Shown here: positions 10,866 to 20,932 of the stretch, piece after piece | Position numbering within the stretch: position 1 is the first letter of the stretch | Layout of the letters: each line of letters begins with the position of its first letter | NCBI GenBank assembly: GCA_003056205.1 | Contig: LSNS01000004.1 | Location: 188,630-252,629 of the forward strand | DNA length: 64,000 nucleotides | From: Parcubacteria group bacterium M6-OD1-4 | GTDB taxonomy: Bacteria; Patescibacteriota; Patescibacteriia; Patescibacteriales; UBA12465 | Reading direction: 5' to 3' | The notes under the pieces: generated by a model | The model's database searches: none | The model's input: only the letters and a program-made list of their open reading frames with translations | What the model was told of the DNA's origin: nothing | Made by a program: the position numbers and the translations under genes

Positions 10866-11684
10866 TTAAAACCAATGCAGGAGTCGTTGGCGACGATTAC
10901 TAAAAACTATTAAAAATATAAATAACATTGTTAAAACGATTGTCCCTCCGGTGGAAAGATTAAAATAGAAAGATAAAAACATTCCCGCAACTACTGAAAA
11001 TATTGAAAAAATTTCCGCATATAGAATTGTTTGGCGAAAACCTTTCTTAAGTTGCAAGGCGGTAACTACGGGAATAACAATCAAAGCCGCAATTAATAAG
11101 ACCCCCACAATGGGAATTGCTAAAGAAACGGTAAAGGCCGCTAAAATAATAAAAACTAAATTAAGGAATTTTAAAGGTAAACCGCTAACTTGAGCCGCTT
11201 CTTCATCGAAAGTAATAAAAACTAATTCTTTAAAGAAAAGTAAAAGAGTGGCCATCACAATTAATGCTAAAACAGCTATTTCATAAACATTACTAATTGT
11301 CACCGTCACAATACTCCCAAATAAATAATTAAATAGACTAGTATTAAAGCCATGGGCTAGACTGAGTAAAACAATCGCTAGTGCTAAACCTCCTGATAAA
11401 TATAGAGCTAAGGCAGCATCACTATATAATTTTTTAGAATTTCTTAATTTTTCAATTCCTAAAGCAGCTAGAACGGTTGTTCCGAGAGCGGTCAGAGCCG
11501 GGTTCAAGCCAAATAATAATCCAAAAGCAATACCGGCTAAAGAGACATGGCTTAAGGTGTCAGCAATTAGTGAATATTTTCTGAGAACTAAAAAAATTCC
11601 AATTAAAGGAGCAATAATCGCCACAATTAAACCAGCGATTAAACCACGAATAATAAAATCATATTGGAAAATACTCAATAACAT
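10866..11684 (-). CDS. znuB: Zn/Mn ABC transporter permease
   Basis: DTLSHVSLAG, YLFGSI and TFDEEAA motifs (ABC-3 family). Confidence 0.9.
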   Translation of the reverse strand: MLLSIFQYDFIIRGLIAGLIVAIIAPLIGIFLVLRKYSLIADTLSHVSLAGIAFGLLFGLNPALTALGTTVLAALGIEKLRNSKKLYSDAALALYLSGGLALAIVLLSLAHGFNTSLFNYLFGSIVTVTISNVYEIAVLALIVMATLLLFFKELVFITFDEEAAQVSGLPLKFLNLVFIILAAFTVSLAIPIVGVLLIAALIVIPVVTALQLKKGFRQTILYAEIFSIFSVVAGMFLSFYFNLSTGGTIVLTMLFIFLIVFSNRRQRLLHWF

Positions 11685-11731
11685 AAGTTTCTAAAAATTA
11701 ATAAACTTGAAAAATAAACGAACTAAAATAA

Positions 11732-12466
11732 TTAATATTTATTATCAGAAAAATGTCGCTCAGTAGAAAAATCATTAGGCGAATTATAATAAGTTAAAAA
11801 TTTATCTAAATAGGCAATATGCATTACTTCTCTGGTAAGACGGGCGGTATCATGAGAAACTAACACTAAACTTAAACCCATATTCTGATTAAGATTTTTT
11901 AATAATTTATAAAAATCATCTTGAGACGCTTGATCAATACCCGTCGTCGGTTCATCTAAAAAAATAAGTTCTGGCTGGCTAACCAAAGCCCGAGCAATAA
12001 AAACTCTTTGTGCTTGTCCTCCAGATAAATTACCAATTAATTCCTGTTGATACTCTCGCATTTTAACCTGTTCTAGCGAATTATCTATTATTTTAAAATC
12101 TTGACTATCCAAACGATGAAATAATCCTCGCCGAGCATAGCGCCCCATAGAAACTACCTCCCGTACCGTCGCTGGAAAATTAGTATCAAAATTTGTTGCC
12201 TGCTGAGGAACATAACTAATTTTAGAATAATCTTTAAAATCTTTAATATCCACCCCAAATAATTTGATTTGTCCTTGGAAAGAAGTGAGTAATCTTAAAA
12301 GAACTTTTAATAAAGTAGTTTTACCAGCTCCATTTGGCCCAACAATTCCCAGATAATCCCCCTGATGAATATTTAAGGAAATTTGATTTAAAATTAGTTG
12401 AGATTTATAAGCAAAGGAAAGTTTTTTAATTTCAACAATATTATGATGGTGATTTAATTTTAACAT
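11732..12466 (-). CDS. znuC: Zn/Mn ABC transporter ATP-binding protein
   Basis: GPNGAGKTT, LSGGQ, LDEPT and SHD motifs. Confidence 0.9.
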   Translation of the reverse strand: MLKLNHHHNIVEIKKLSFAYKSQLILNQISLNIHQGDYLGIVGPNGAGKTTLLKVLLRLLTSFQGQIKLFGVDIKDFKDYSKISYVPQQATNFDTNFPATVREVVSMGRYARRGLFHRLDSQDFKIIDNSLEQVKMREYQQELIGNLSGGQAQRVFIARALVSQPELIFLDEPTTGIDQASQDDFYKLLKNLNQNMGLSLVLVSHDTARLTREVMHIAYLDKFLTYYNSPNDFSTERHFSDNKY

Positions 12467-12502
12467 ATTAACAATAATTTACTGTCTAGTAATTATTCTT
12501 TA

Positions 12503-13450
12503 TTAATGGCACTCTAAGGCAATTTTTAAATTTTTCAGATTAGAACGCATTTCGGTAAAATAGTTTTTACCCTCTTGCACTTCCTGGGGAGTTAAACCTT
12601 CAATGGGATTAAGTTCTAAGGTCTGAGCACCAACTTCTTGAGCAATAGTATCAGCTAATTTTGGACTAACTAAACTTTCAAAAAAGATATATTTTATCTT
12701 TTGCTTCCGAACTAATTTCACTAAACTAATTAATTGTTTTGGAGAAGGTTCAGAATTAGGAGACAAGCCAGCAATGGGCACTTGCTGTAGTTGATATTGG
12801 CTAGCTAAATAACCAAAGGCGGCATGAGCGGTCACAATATCTTTTTGTTGACAATCTTTTAAAGTTTGAAGATACTCTTGATCTAAAACTTGTAATTTAA
12901 TTTTAAGCTCTTGGGCACGATGTTGATAATAATCTCGATGTTGAGGATCAACCTTAATAAAGCCCGCACTAATTTTATCTACCATTCTTTGAGCTAAAAT
13001 TGGACTCAACCAAACATGAGGATCAACGATAGAACGTCCATCACGATTTATCTGACGATTTGTTAAACCAGCTGCAGCGATAATTAAAACTGTTTGATGG
13101 GGATTAATAAGCTGTTTAATGTGCGGTCCCCAAGCTTCTAAATGGCCACCATTAAGGATTAATAATTGGCTATTTTCAATTTTGATCATATCCGCTGGAG
13201 TTAATTCATAATCATGCGGTTCGGCCCCAGCGGGCGTAATATTGACTACTGTCGCCCACTGACCACCAATTTCTTGAGCCAGGAAATATAAAGGATAAAA
13301 GCTAGCAACAACTTTAATTTGATTAATCTGCTGAGTTTTATTCTTAACTATAAAAGATTTTTTAGAAAAAAAAGTAATAAAAAAAACTATCAGAATCAAA
13401 ACACTAAATGAAATACCAATAATAATAAAATTTTTATTTTTCTGAGACAT
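12503..13450 (-). CDS. znuA: Zn ABC transporter substrate-binding protein
   Basis: EPHDYE, DPHVWLSP and HAAFGY motifs. The likely start is ATG at 13450 (MSQKNK), just after the zur stop. Confidence 0.9.
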   Translation of the reverse strand: MSQKNKNFIIIGISFSVLILIVFFITFFSKKSFIVKNKTQQINQIKVVASFYPLYFLAQEIGGQWATVVNITPAGAEPHDYELTPADMIKIENSQLLILNGGHLEAWGPHIKQLINPHQTVLIIAAAGLTNRQINRDGRSIVDPHVWLSPILAQRMVDKISAGFIKVDPQHRDYYQHRAQELKIKLQVLDQEYLQTLKDCQQKDIVTAHAAFGYLASQYQLQQVPIAGLSPNSEPSPKQLISLVKLVRKQKIKYIFFESLVSPKLADTIAQEVGAQTLELNPIEGLTPQEVQEGKNYFTEMRSNLKNLKIALECH

Positions 13451-13454
13451 ATTT

Positions 13455-13892
13455 TTAAAAATGTTTTTTAGAACAACAATCACATAAACCATAAAATTCC
13501 AAAGAATGATCGATAATTTTAAAGTTTAATTGTTGAGAAATTTGTTTTTCTTGTTTAATTAAAACATTCTCTAGGACAACACGTTTAATTTGGTGGCAAG
13601 ACAAACAAACAAGGTGATGACTATGTTTTTCTAATTTCAATTCATAACGTTTAATACCATCTTTAAAAACGACTTCATTAATAATGTTTTTTTGTAATAA
13701 AAAAGCTAATTCACGATAAATCGTTGTTTTATTTACAACTATTTGACAATAAGATAAACGCTGTTTTATTTCCAAAGCCGAAAAAGGCTGAGGACAATTT
13801 AAAATTTTCAATATCTCTGTTCGTGTTTTAGTTTGTCGACAACCAAGTAATTTTAATTTACGTTCTACTTCTAAAGGATTAATAATTTTCAT
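13455..13892 (-). CDS. zur: Fur-family regulator, probably Zur
   Basis: TTIYREL, HSHHLVCLSC and FYGLCDCC motifs; first gene of the znu operon. Start re-assigned to ATG 13892 because the track's TTG start is the -35 box. Confidence 0.85.
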   Translation of the reverse strand: MKIINPLEVERKLKLLGCRQTKTRTEILKILNCPQPFSALEIKQRLSYCQIVVNKTTIYRELAFLLQKNIINEVVFKDGIKRYELKLEKHSHHLVCLSCHQIKRVVLENVLIKQEKQISQQLNFKIIDHSLEFYGLCDCCSKKHF

Positions 13893-13899
13893 TACTATA

Positions 13900-13928
13900 A
13901 TAATAATGCAACTAAGTTGCATTGTCAA
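13900..13928 (-). promoter_or_regulatory. zur-znu promoter with a palindromic Fur/Zur-type operator
   Basis: TTGACA (13928-13923), 17 bp, TATTAT (13905-13900). A perfect 9-1-9 palindrome AATGCAACT-A-AGTTGCATT lies at 13905-13923. Confidence 0.85.
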
Positions 13929-13951
13929 CTTTAAATTAAATATTAAGAATT

Positions 13952-15124
13952 CTAATTATTATTTACCTTCTGTTTTAATTTTTTATCTCCTTGAAGATAA
14001 CGTGCTGCTAACCAAGTCGTAATCGGTACTGATAAGCTTAAACCAATTACTCCAACTAAAGTCCGCACGATTTCTGTTGATATTTTTTCACTATTAACTA
14101 TTTGGAAAAAAGATAAAAAAGGCGTTTGATGCAAACCAATTAAAACTATTAACGGCAAAGACATACCAACATAAGCCAAAAATAAAGTATTAACAACTGC
14201 GCCTAAATGAGCCCGACCAACTTTCATGCTCATTGTAAAAGTTTTTTTAAATGGCAAACGAGGATTAAGAGAACGAATTTGAGTTACAACTTCAACTTGA
14301 CCAATAACAATATCATCCAAAATACCTAAAGTTCCAATAATTATAGCTGCTAATAATAAGCCCTGAAAATTAATTGCTGGGCCAGCTTCTATTAAATAAG
14401 TTACTTCTTCCTGTGCCGTACCAGTTAAATGAGCTAAATTACTAAAAAATATTGCCAATCCCGCAGTAACAATTAATGATATCAAAATACTTAATAAAGC
14501 AATATGAGATTTTTTATTAATTCCATTAGTTAAATAAACAATAATTAATAAAATTACAAAAGATCCGAGGCCTCCTACTAATAATGGGTTAAAGCCTTGA
14601 ATTATCAAAGGAATCATAACTTTAATAATAAAAACAAAACTCAAAGATAAAGATAAGATTGCTTTTAAACCTTGACTGCGACCAATTAATAGAATAACAA
14701 CAATAAATAATAGCAATAACCACCACAAAGAATTCTCCCGGATATAATTCATGATATAAAAAGTGTTTTGTCCATTAAGACCTGCGCTGTAATTTACTAC
14801 TACTTTATCACCTGCTTTATAAACATTATTACCAACAACATCTAATTTGGAAATGCCTTGATATTTAACAAGTTTACCAGTTAAAGGGCCAGTCAATATT
14901 TTTAATTGTAAATTTTGCTGTTTAGATTTAGCACCATTATTTCTTGTAATAATTCGTTCTTGTAAAACTTTTAAAACCTGAGCTTGGGCTGAATGAGTAA
15001 CAATGGTTTGATTAACATTAGAATTAATATTTGCTGTTTGAGAAACAGCTAAAACTGGTCTAACAAAAGAAAATAATAGAAGACTAACAATAAAAAATTT
15101 TATTATTTTTAACATAAAATTCAT
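13952..15124 (-). CDS. YibE/F-family membrane protein
   Basis: N-terminal soluble domain plus multiple TMs with LGILDD, NTLFLAYVG and EIVRTLVG motifs. Confidence 0.85.
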   Translation of the reverse strand: MNFMLKIIKFFIVSLLLFSFVRPVLAVSQTANINSNVNQTIVTHSAQAQVLKVLQERIITRNNGAKSKQQNLQLKILTGPLTGKLVKYQGISKLDVVGNNVYKAGDKVVVNYSAGLNGQNTFYIMNYIRENSLWWLLLLFIVVILLIGRSQGLKAILSLSLSFVFIIKVMIPLIIQGFNPLLVGGLGSFVILLIIVYLTNGINKKSHIALLSILISLIVTAGLAIFFSNLAHLTGTAQEEVTYLIEAGPAINFQGLLLAAIIIGTLGILDDIVIGQVEVVTQIRSLNPRLPFKKTFTMSMKVGRAHLGAVVNTLFLAYVGMSLPLIVLIGLHQTPFLSFFQIVNSEKISTEIVRTLVGVIGLSLSVPITTWLAARYLQGDKKLKQKVNNN

Positions 15125-15131
15125 CGAATAT

Positions 15132-16469
15132 CTATTTACTATTTAATTGATCAATATCTTTTTGGTAGCGGTTAGCAGTGGCTATCACACTATCACCATA
15201 AAAACTAAAAGCAGGATTTGTTCCTCCAGAAAAATAACGCATTGCTGCTGCCCATTCACCAGCTCGGGAACCTGCCCCATCAGCTCTCAATTTTAGACCA
15301 GCAGCTAAAAAAGCATCACGAATATTCCAGGGATTGGCCGTCTGTCCAGTAATGGCCGTAATTTTAGACCGATATCCCAACCAAGTAGAAGGAATAAATT
15401 GTGCGGGGCCCATTGCTCCTCCCCAACCCATTTGTTTACCACTCTTATAATACATCGGGCAAGAGATAGGAGTAATATTAATATTCAATCCTAAAGATTT
15501 AGTAATTTGAATAAAGGGTTTCTGATCTCGCCGCGGGCTCATCACCACTCGCCAACTTTTACTCGGAGGATCACCTTGACGATTACAGGTTCCGACATTA
15601 CGCCCTAAATTGGACTCTTGAGTTAAAATCGCTAACAATAAAGCAGCACGAACTCCGGTTGCTTGAGAAGTAGCTTGAGCAATTTGGACCGCTTGACCAA
15701 AAGTAATTTGTTTATTAGCAGCAACAGTTACTAAACTATAAATACGATTACGAATAATCGTCGCTTGTTGTTTGTTTTTTTTGAGCGTGGCCTGATAATT
15801 GGCTTCTTGACCGCGCGTTTGCCATAATAAATTATTTTTTTCTTGAATATTTTGAGCAACTTGATTGTTTTGTAAATCAATAATTCTGGCTAAATTCTGT
15901 TGAGCCTCTTTCTGACTAGTGATTAATTGCTGTGTTTTTTGTAGTTGACTCTTTTGATATTCTAGAGAATTGGCTAATTTATTTAGATTAACGGTAATAT
16001 TTTCTAAACTATGTAAATTATTATAGAAATCAGAAAAATTATGGACACTTAAAAACAAATCGAATAAAGAGGTTTGTTTAGTGCGCCAAAGCTTATTAAT
16101 AATTACCGCTAAATACTGTTGCAATTCGGTAATTTTTTTTTGATTTTGATTGAGTTGAAATTGCGCTTGAGTTAATTGAACAACTGAACGGTCAAGATTA
16201 ATGGAGTTCGCTTGGATTTTTAATATCAAGCCTGCTTTTTGAATACTCAATTGGGTAAGACGATTTGCGAGAGTGTTCTTTTCTCGTCTAACTCGTACTA
16301 AAGATTGTTGATTTTGAGTAATTTGTTGTTCAATATTTCTTAACTGCTGTTCTAAGCGTGCTCGTTCTATCTCTAAAGATTGGTTCTGACTACTCTGAGC
16401 AAAAGAATTTAAACTTCCCGAGAACAAAAAAACTAGCAAAATTAAAAAATATAATAATATTTTTTTCAT
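15132..16469 (-). CDS. Exported coiled-coil protein with a C-terminal lytic transglycosylase domain
   Basis: Signal peptide from ATG 16469, long Q/L-rich coiled coil, QESNLG, GAMGPAQFIPSTW and NPWN..DA. Confidence 0.85.
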   Translation of the reverse strand: MKKILLYFLILLVFLFSGSLNSFAQSSQNQSLEIERARLEQQLRNIEQQITQNQQSLVRVRREKNTLANRLTQLSIQKAGLILKIQANSINLDRSVVQLTQAQFQLNQNQKKITELQQYLAVIINKLWRTKQTSLFDLFLSVHNFSDFYNNLHSLENITVNLNKLANSLEYQKSQLQKTQQLITSQKEAQQNLARIIDLQNNQVAQNIQEKNNLLWQTRGQEANYQATLKKNKQQATIIRNRIYSLVTVAANKQITFGQAVQIAQATSQATGVRAALLLAILTQESNLGRNVGTCNRQGDPPSKSWRVVMSPRRDQKPFIQITKSLGLNINITPISCPMYYKSGKQMGWGGAMGPAQFIPSTWLGYRSKITAITGQTANPWNIRDAFLAAGLKLRADGAGSRAGEWAAAMRYFSGGTNPAFSFYGDSVIATANRYQKDIDQLNSK

Positions 16470-16533
16470 AATAATATTATTATACCATGTTTTCACAAGA
16501 GACTATATTAATCATAAAAATTGAAAAAAGTAA

Positions 16534-17544
16534 TCAAAAATTGATGATTGTTTTTATTCTCTTGTCTTGATAAGCGGCTGCTTCTCGAAAAGCCCGAATA
16601 CCATCTTGGGCCCGATAACGATGAGTAATTAAACTTTTCAAATCTATCTTTTTAGCGGCAACTAGCTCAATAGAAGGTAAGAAAGAAAAAGCGCAGGTCC
16701 AAGAACCATGAACATTTAATTCTTTCTTCACAATATTCATTAAATTTATTTTGGAGGCAGTTTCAAAAACTCCTAAAGTAAAGACCTCACCGCCACGACG
16801 GGTAATTTCTAGAGCTAATTCTGCCGTACTTGCTTGACCAACCACTTCAAAAGCTATGTCTGCTCCCCACGGAGCAATCTTTTTCAGAACCTGCACTAAA
16901 TCCTGTCGTTGATTGTTAACAACGAAATTAGCCCATTTCTTCCGTTTGGCTATTTGTAATCGCCAACTAGCAATATCAACGCCAATTACTACTGCTCCAC
17001 TTTGTTGTAAAACTTGATCAAGCAAAAGACCAACTGGTCCTTGACCAATAACCACAATCTTTTTATCTAATAAGGAACCTGCTTTATGAGCAGCATAGTA
17101 GGCAATTGATAAGGGTTCAATCATTGCTCCCTCTTCAAAACTTAACTGCGCTGGTAATTTATAAACTAAATGAGCTGGAATCGCTAAATATTCAGCCAAA
17201 GCTCCTGGTAATTGTAAACCAATCACTTTAGAATTCGGACATAAATTAGGCTTACCAGATAAACAATAATAGCATTTGCCACAACTAACTACATGTTCGC
17301 CAGTGACTCGGTCATTAATTTTAAAATTTTGAACTTGACTACCAATTTCTACAACAATTCCAGAAAATTCATGCCCCATTGTCAAGGGTGTGGGTAAATT
17401 CATTCCCCCATTATAAATATGTAAATCAGTGCCGCAAATACCCACGCTTTTAATTTTCAATAGAACTTCATGGGCTTTAATTCGGGGCTTAGGGACATTA
17501 ATATATTTCAAAGTCTTGGGCCCAGTATAAACAATACTTTTCAT
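16534..17544 (-). CDS. Zn-dependent alcohol/polyol dehydrogenase (sorbitol/threonine dehydrogenase-like)
   Basis: GICGTD, GHEFSG, structural Zn CxxCxxC..C and GQGPVG motifs. Confidence 0.92.
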   Translation of the reverse strand: MKSIVYTGPKTLKYINVPKPRIKAHEVLLKIKSVGICGTDLHIYNGGMNLPTPLTMGHEFSGIVVEIGSQVQNFKINDRVTGEHVVSCGKCYYCLSGKPNLCPNSKVIGLQLPGALAEYLAIPAHLVYKLPAQLSFEEGAMIEPLSIAYYAAHKAGSLLDKKIVVIGQGPVGLLLDQVLQQSGAVVIGVDIASWRLQIAKRKKWANFVVNNQRQDLVQVLKKIAPWGADIAFEVVGQASTAELALEITRRGGEVFTLGVFETASKINLMNIVKKELNVHGSWTCAFSFLPSIELVAAKKIDLKSLITHRYRAQDGIRAFREAAAYQDKRIKTIINF

Positions 17545-17595
17545 AAAAATAAAATTAATATTTAAAAATTGATCTTAACAATTAAGACCTCTCTA

Positions 17596-18885
17596 TTATA
17601 GCATAATTAACATAATAACAGCAGAAGCGGCCATAATGGAAAAGGTTCCCCAAACTAGAATATTAGATAGCCAACCACTACGATAACGACCCATGATTTT
17701 TTCATTATTAGCAATTCGGGCTACTAAAAATATAATTGGTACGGCAACCAAACCGTTAAAAACAGCGGTAAAAATTAAAGCCTTGATAGGATCAATACCA
17801 ACGAGATTAATTAAGAGTCCAATTAAAGTAGAAATGATAATAACACCATAGAAACTGGGAGCTTTTTTGAATTTTAGATTCAAGCCTGCTCGCCAATCAA
17901 AGGCTTCCGAGAGAGCATAAGAAGCGGAACCAGATAAAATTGGAATTGCCAACAGTCCGAGACCAATAATACCAATAGAAAAAATAAATTTTGTAATCAA
18001 GCCAGCATAGGGAAAGGTTTGTACTAAAGGCTCAAGAGCCTTAGCAGCATCGGCAGCGGTAACAATGTTTGTAATTCCATGTTGATTTAAAACACTCGCC
18101 GCCGTAACAATAATACACCAAGCAACAATTTCCGAAAAAAGCATTCCCACAAAATTATCCCAATGGAGACGACGAATAAATTTATTAATACCTCGAGGCT
18201 CGCCCGTCCAACGAAAAATGTGTTTTCTTTTTTCTTCTTCAACTTCTTCAGACGCTTCCCAAAAAAACATATAGGGCGAAATAGTCGTTCCGAAAACAGC
18301 AGTAATAATAAAGAAAAAAGCAAAATTAAATTCCAAATGAGGAATTGCTGTTGCTACTAAAATTTGCTGCCAAGGTTGATGAATCAAAAAAACTGTGATT
18401 GGATAAGCTAAAAGAGTAATCGCCAACCATTTTAAAATTTTAGAATACACCTTATAACTAGTAATAATTTCTAAAGTGAGAATTAAAATAGCAAATATTA
18501 AGGTGGCAAAAATAAAATTAATTGGAATGAGTAATTGTAAAGCAGCGGCCATGGCCCCCAGATCAGCACCAATATTAACAACATTAGCAATCACCATTAA
18601 GATAATTGCTCCTAACAAAATTTTTTGATTATAGTGTCTTTTAATTACCGCTGCCAATCCTTTGCCAGTCACGGCACCAATTCGCGCTGATGCTTCTTGA
18701 ATAGCAGTTAGAAATGGCAAAGCAAAAAGAATTGTCCAAAGCTGACTATAACCAAATTGAGCACCAGTTTGAGAATAAGTAGCAATACCAGAAGGATCAT
18801 CATCGGCCGCTCCAGTAATAACCCCCGGTCCAATAATTTTCAGAATTTTTTTTATCTTCGCTTTAAATTTTTTGTTTTTCTTCAT
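17596..18885 (-). CDS. NRAMP-family divalent metal transporter
   Basis: GPGVITGAADDDPSG and GTTISPY motifs, about 11 TMs. Likely start is ATG 18885. Confidence 0.88.
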   Translation of the reverse strand: MKKNKKFKAKIKKILKIIGPGVITGAADDDPSGIATYSQTGAQFGYSQLWTILFALPFLTAIQEASARIGAVTGKGLAAVIKRHYNQKILLGAIILMVIANVVNIGADLGAMAAALQLLIPINFIFATLIFAILILTLEIITSYKVYSKILKWLAITLLAYPITVFLIHQPWQQILVATAIPHLEFNFAFFFIITAVFGTTISPYMFFWEASEEVEEEKRKHIFRWTGEPRGINKFIRRLHWDNFVGMLFSEIVAWCIIVTAASVLNQHGITNIVTAADAAKALEPLVQTFPYAGLITKFIFSIGIIGLGLLAIPILSGSASYALSEAFDWRAGLNLKFKKAPSFYGVIIISTLIGLLINLVGIDPIKALIFTAVFNGLVAVPIIFLVARIANNEKIMGRYRSGWLSNILVWGTFSIMAASAVIMLIML

Positions 18886-19032
18886 ATTTCTAAAACCTAA
18901 CATCTTTATTCTACCATAAAACAAAGAAAAATTTAAAGATAAAAATTATTTAAAAATCGACCTGGTAAAAGATCGATTAAATAATTATGATATTAAACAA
19001 ATACTGAACTAGGAGATTTTAATTAACAAATT

Positions 19033-19593
19033 TTATCGATAAGTCGAGGCATTTAAGGTATTCATAGTAATTTCGGAAACATGGTGAAGACGTGCATAGT
19101 TCTCCATATTGCTAATCATCTTATAACGAATAGCATAGCTATAATCAAAATTATAGAGATGACTTAAATATCTTAAAGTAGTAGCGTCCCATCTCATAGT
19201 TGTTCCATAACGTGAAGTATAATAGGTTCTCCGGACTGTTTTTGGAGTGATAACAGCTGATTTGGCCGTAGTTTTTGTCTTAGACACTGATTTTGCTGTT
19301 TTAGTAATGGAAGAGGAAACATGACGAGGAGTGTGAACTATTATCTTTGTTCGTTTTTTAATAGCAACTTGTTTTGTTGGAGTGGAAATGGTTTTAACCT
19401 TAGTAGGAATATTCTTTTCAGCTAAAACCTGAACATTAGTCTCAACTGGTTGATAAGAAGAAAGATTATTATCAATATTATTCGCTTGTCCAATTAAATC
19501 CGTTAAACCGGGCTGATTAGTAGCGGAAACACTACGGACCACAAAAATAATCGCTAAGAAAAAGATACTACCTAAAAATATTTTTTTTATCAT
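19033..19593 (-). CDS. Exported or membrane-anchored hypothetical protein with a T/K/S-rich linker and a small C-terminal helical domain
   Basis: Signal-like N-terminus from ATG 19593, low-complexity middle, and a C-terminal W..L..R...E.YA....EIT motif. Confidence 0.7.
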   Translation of the reverse strand: MIKKIFLGSIFFLAIIFVVRSVSATNQPGLTDLIGQANNIDNNLSSYQPVETNVQVLAEKNIPTKVKTISTPTKQVAIKKRTKIIVHTPRHVSSSITKTAKSVSKTKTTAKSAVITPKTVRRTYYTSRYGTTMRWDATTLRYLSHLYNFDYSYAIRYKMISNMENYARLHHVSEITMNTLNASTYR

Positions 19594-19837
19594 AGAAAAC
19601 AACAAAACAAATAAAACTATTTATTAAAAATTAAATTTTATTTAGATTTGTTCTTATTTGTAGTCTATCATAACAAAAAGCAACTAAGAAATCAAGGTTA
19701 AAAAAATAAAAGATCTAAAGATTAACTATTTACAGGCTAAATAGATTTTGGATTAAAATAAAAAAAAATAACATTTTAAATAGGTACTCATCCCTTCGGT
19801 CGTCGCTGACACCCCCACAAATGTGCCTACGGCGTAA

Positions 19838-19879
19838 AATTAAAATCACCACTCAACGAGAGAGTGGTAATTTTAATTT
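19838..19879 (-). terminator. Hairpin terminator downstream of tRNA-Gln
   Basis: Imperfect inverted repeat AATTAAAATCACCACTC / GAGTGGTAATTTTAATT. Confidence 0.6.
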
Positions 19880-19880
19880 G

Positions 19881-19951
19881 CTGCGAGACCTGGATTCGAA
19901 CCAGGATAAACGGCTTCAAAGGCCGCGGTCCTACCATTAGACGATCTCGCA
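19881..19951 (-). tRNA. tRNA-Gln(TTG)
   Basis: Minus strand acceptor stem TGCGAGA/TCTCGCA, anticodon arm GCGGC-CTTTGAA-GCCGT, T-loop TTCGAAT; CCA not encoded. Confidence 0.95.
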
Positions 19952-19963
19952 TTATTCAATTAA

Positions 19964-19984
19964 AATATCCTCAATGAGGATATT
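19964..19984 (-). terminator. Hairpin after ftsX, overlapping the probable tRNA-Gln promoter
   Basis: AATATCCTC-AAT-GAGGATATT followed by T residues on the minus strand; TTGACA at 20008-20003 upstream. Confidence 0.45.
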
Positions 19985-20009
19985 ATTAGAAATTAATTAA
20001 TTTGTCAAA

Positions 20010-20918
20010 TTAAATCTTCGCATATTTACGAACAGCGAATAAACTAGCAACGGCATTGATAACGGCGACCACTAAGAATTGGGAACCAAAAATCAACACA
20101 AAGTTATTTATAAAATAAGCTAAGATATTAATATTATAATTCAGAAAAAAGCTATTTAGATAGGGTTGTAGTAAAGTCAAAAAGGGATAAAAGATTAAAA
20201 TTACAATGAGCACACTTAAGAATGAATAAATAAGCGCTGAGAAAAGATAGGGCATGTAAATAAAAGAATTGGAAGCTCCTACTAGGCGCATAATCTCAAT
20301 TTCCCGGCGATGAGTATAAATAGCAACCCGAATAGCATTATAAACCACTAACAAACTAATAAGAATAAAGATCGAAATAATAAATAAACCAACTTCATTA
20401 ATTCGTTTCGTGAGTTTATTAATTTTAGTTAAAATAAGAGTATTATTAGAAAAGTCATGAGATTCAATAATTGGGTTATTAAGAGTTTTAAGTTCATTAA
20501 TTACCAAATTAGATTCATTAAAATCTCGGGGCACAATTGTTAAACTAGGAGATAAAGGATTACGCCCTAACTCTCGTAAAGCCGTTAAAACTTGAGGATT
20601 ATTCGCATACTTAACCCGGAAAGAGTTAATAGCACTCTGTTTAGAAATATAGTTAACTTGCTGGACATTATCTAGTTTAGAAATCTTAGTTTTTAGAGTG
20701 CTAATCTGGGCTTCCGTGGAATCAGCATTAAGGTATAAACTAATGTTAATTTTTGTTTTGACGGCCTGAATAGCACTATTGCTAATTAAATGAACGGTAA
20801 TTAGGGTGTTAATAGAAAACAATGCCAATAATAAAACCATAATTGTCGCCACACTCAACCAAATATTACGAACAATATCTTGAAAACTAAATTTTATAAT
20901 ACGGTACAAAAATAACAT
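20010..20918 (-). CDS. ftsX: Cell division permease FtsX
   Basis: Four-TM layout, NPL in the extracellular domain, NAIRVAI..RREIEIMRLVGAS; follows ftsE. Confidence 0.93.
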   Translation of the reverse strand: MLFLYRIIKFSFQDIVRNIWLSVATIMVLLLALFSINTLITVHLISNSAIQAVKTKINISLYLNADSTEAQISTLKTKISKLDNVQQVNYISKQSAINSFRVKYANNPQVLTALRELGRNPLSPSLTIVPRDFNESNLVINELKTLNNPIIESHDFSNNTLILTKINKLTKRINEVGLFIISIFILISLLVVYNAIRVAIYTHRREIEIMRLVGASNSFIYMPYLFSALIYSFLSVLIVILIFYPFLTLLQPYLNSFFLNYNINILAYFINNFVLIFGSQFLVVAVINAVASLFAVRKYAKI

Positions 20919-20932
20919 AAATAAAAATTATA

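Noticed and set aside
13893..13928. N-terminal extension MTMQLSCIIIIV of the Fur-family ORF
   Set aside because: The TTG start is the -35 hexamer and the extension is promoter/operator sequence. ATG 13892 fits better.
19781..19835. c-di-AMP (ydaO) or SRP RNA resemblance
   Set aside because: The segment is too short and the conserved blocks are missing or in the wrong order.
16534..19951. Integrative element at tRNA-Gln
   Set aside because: I found no integrase, transposase or duplicated tRNA 3' end, so I did not call a mobile element.
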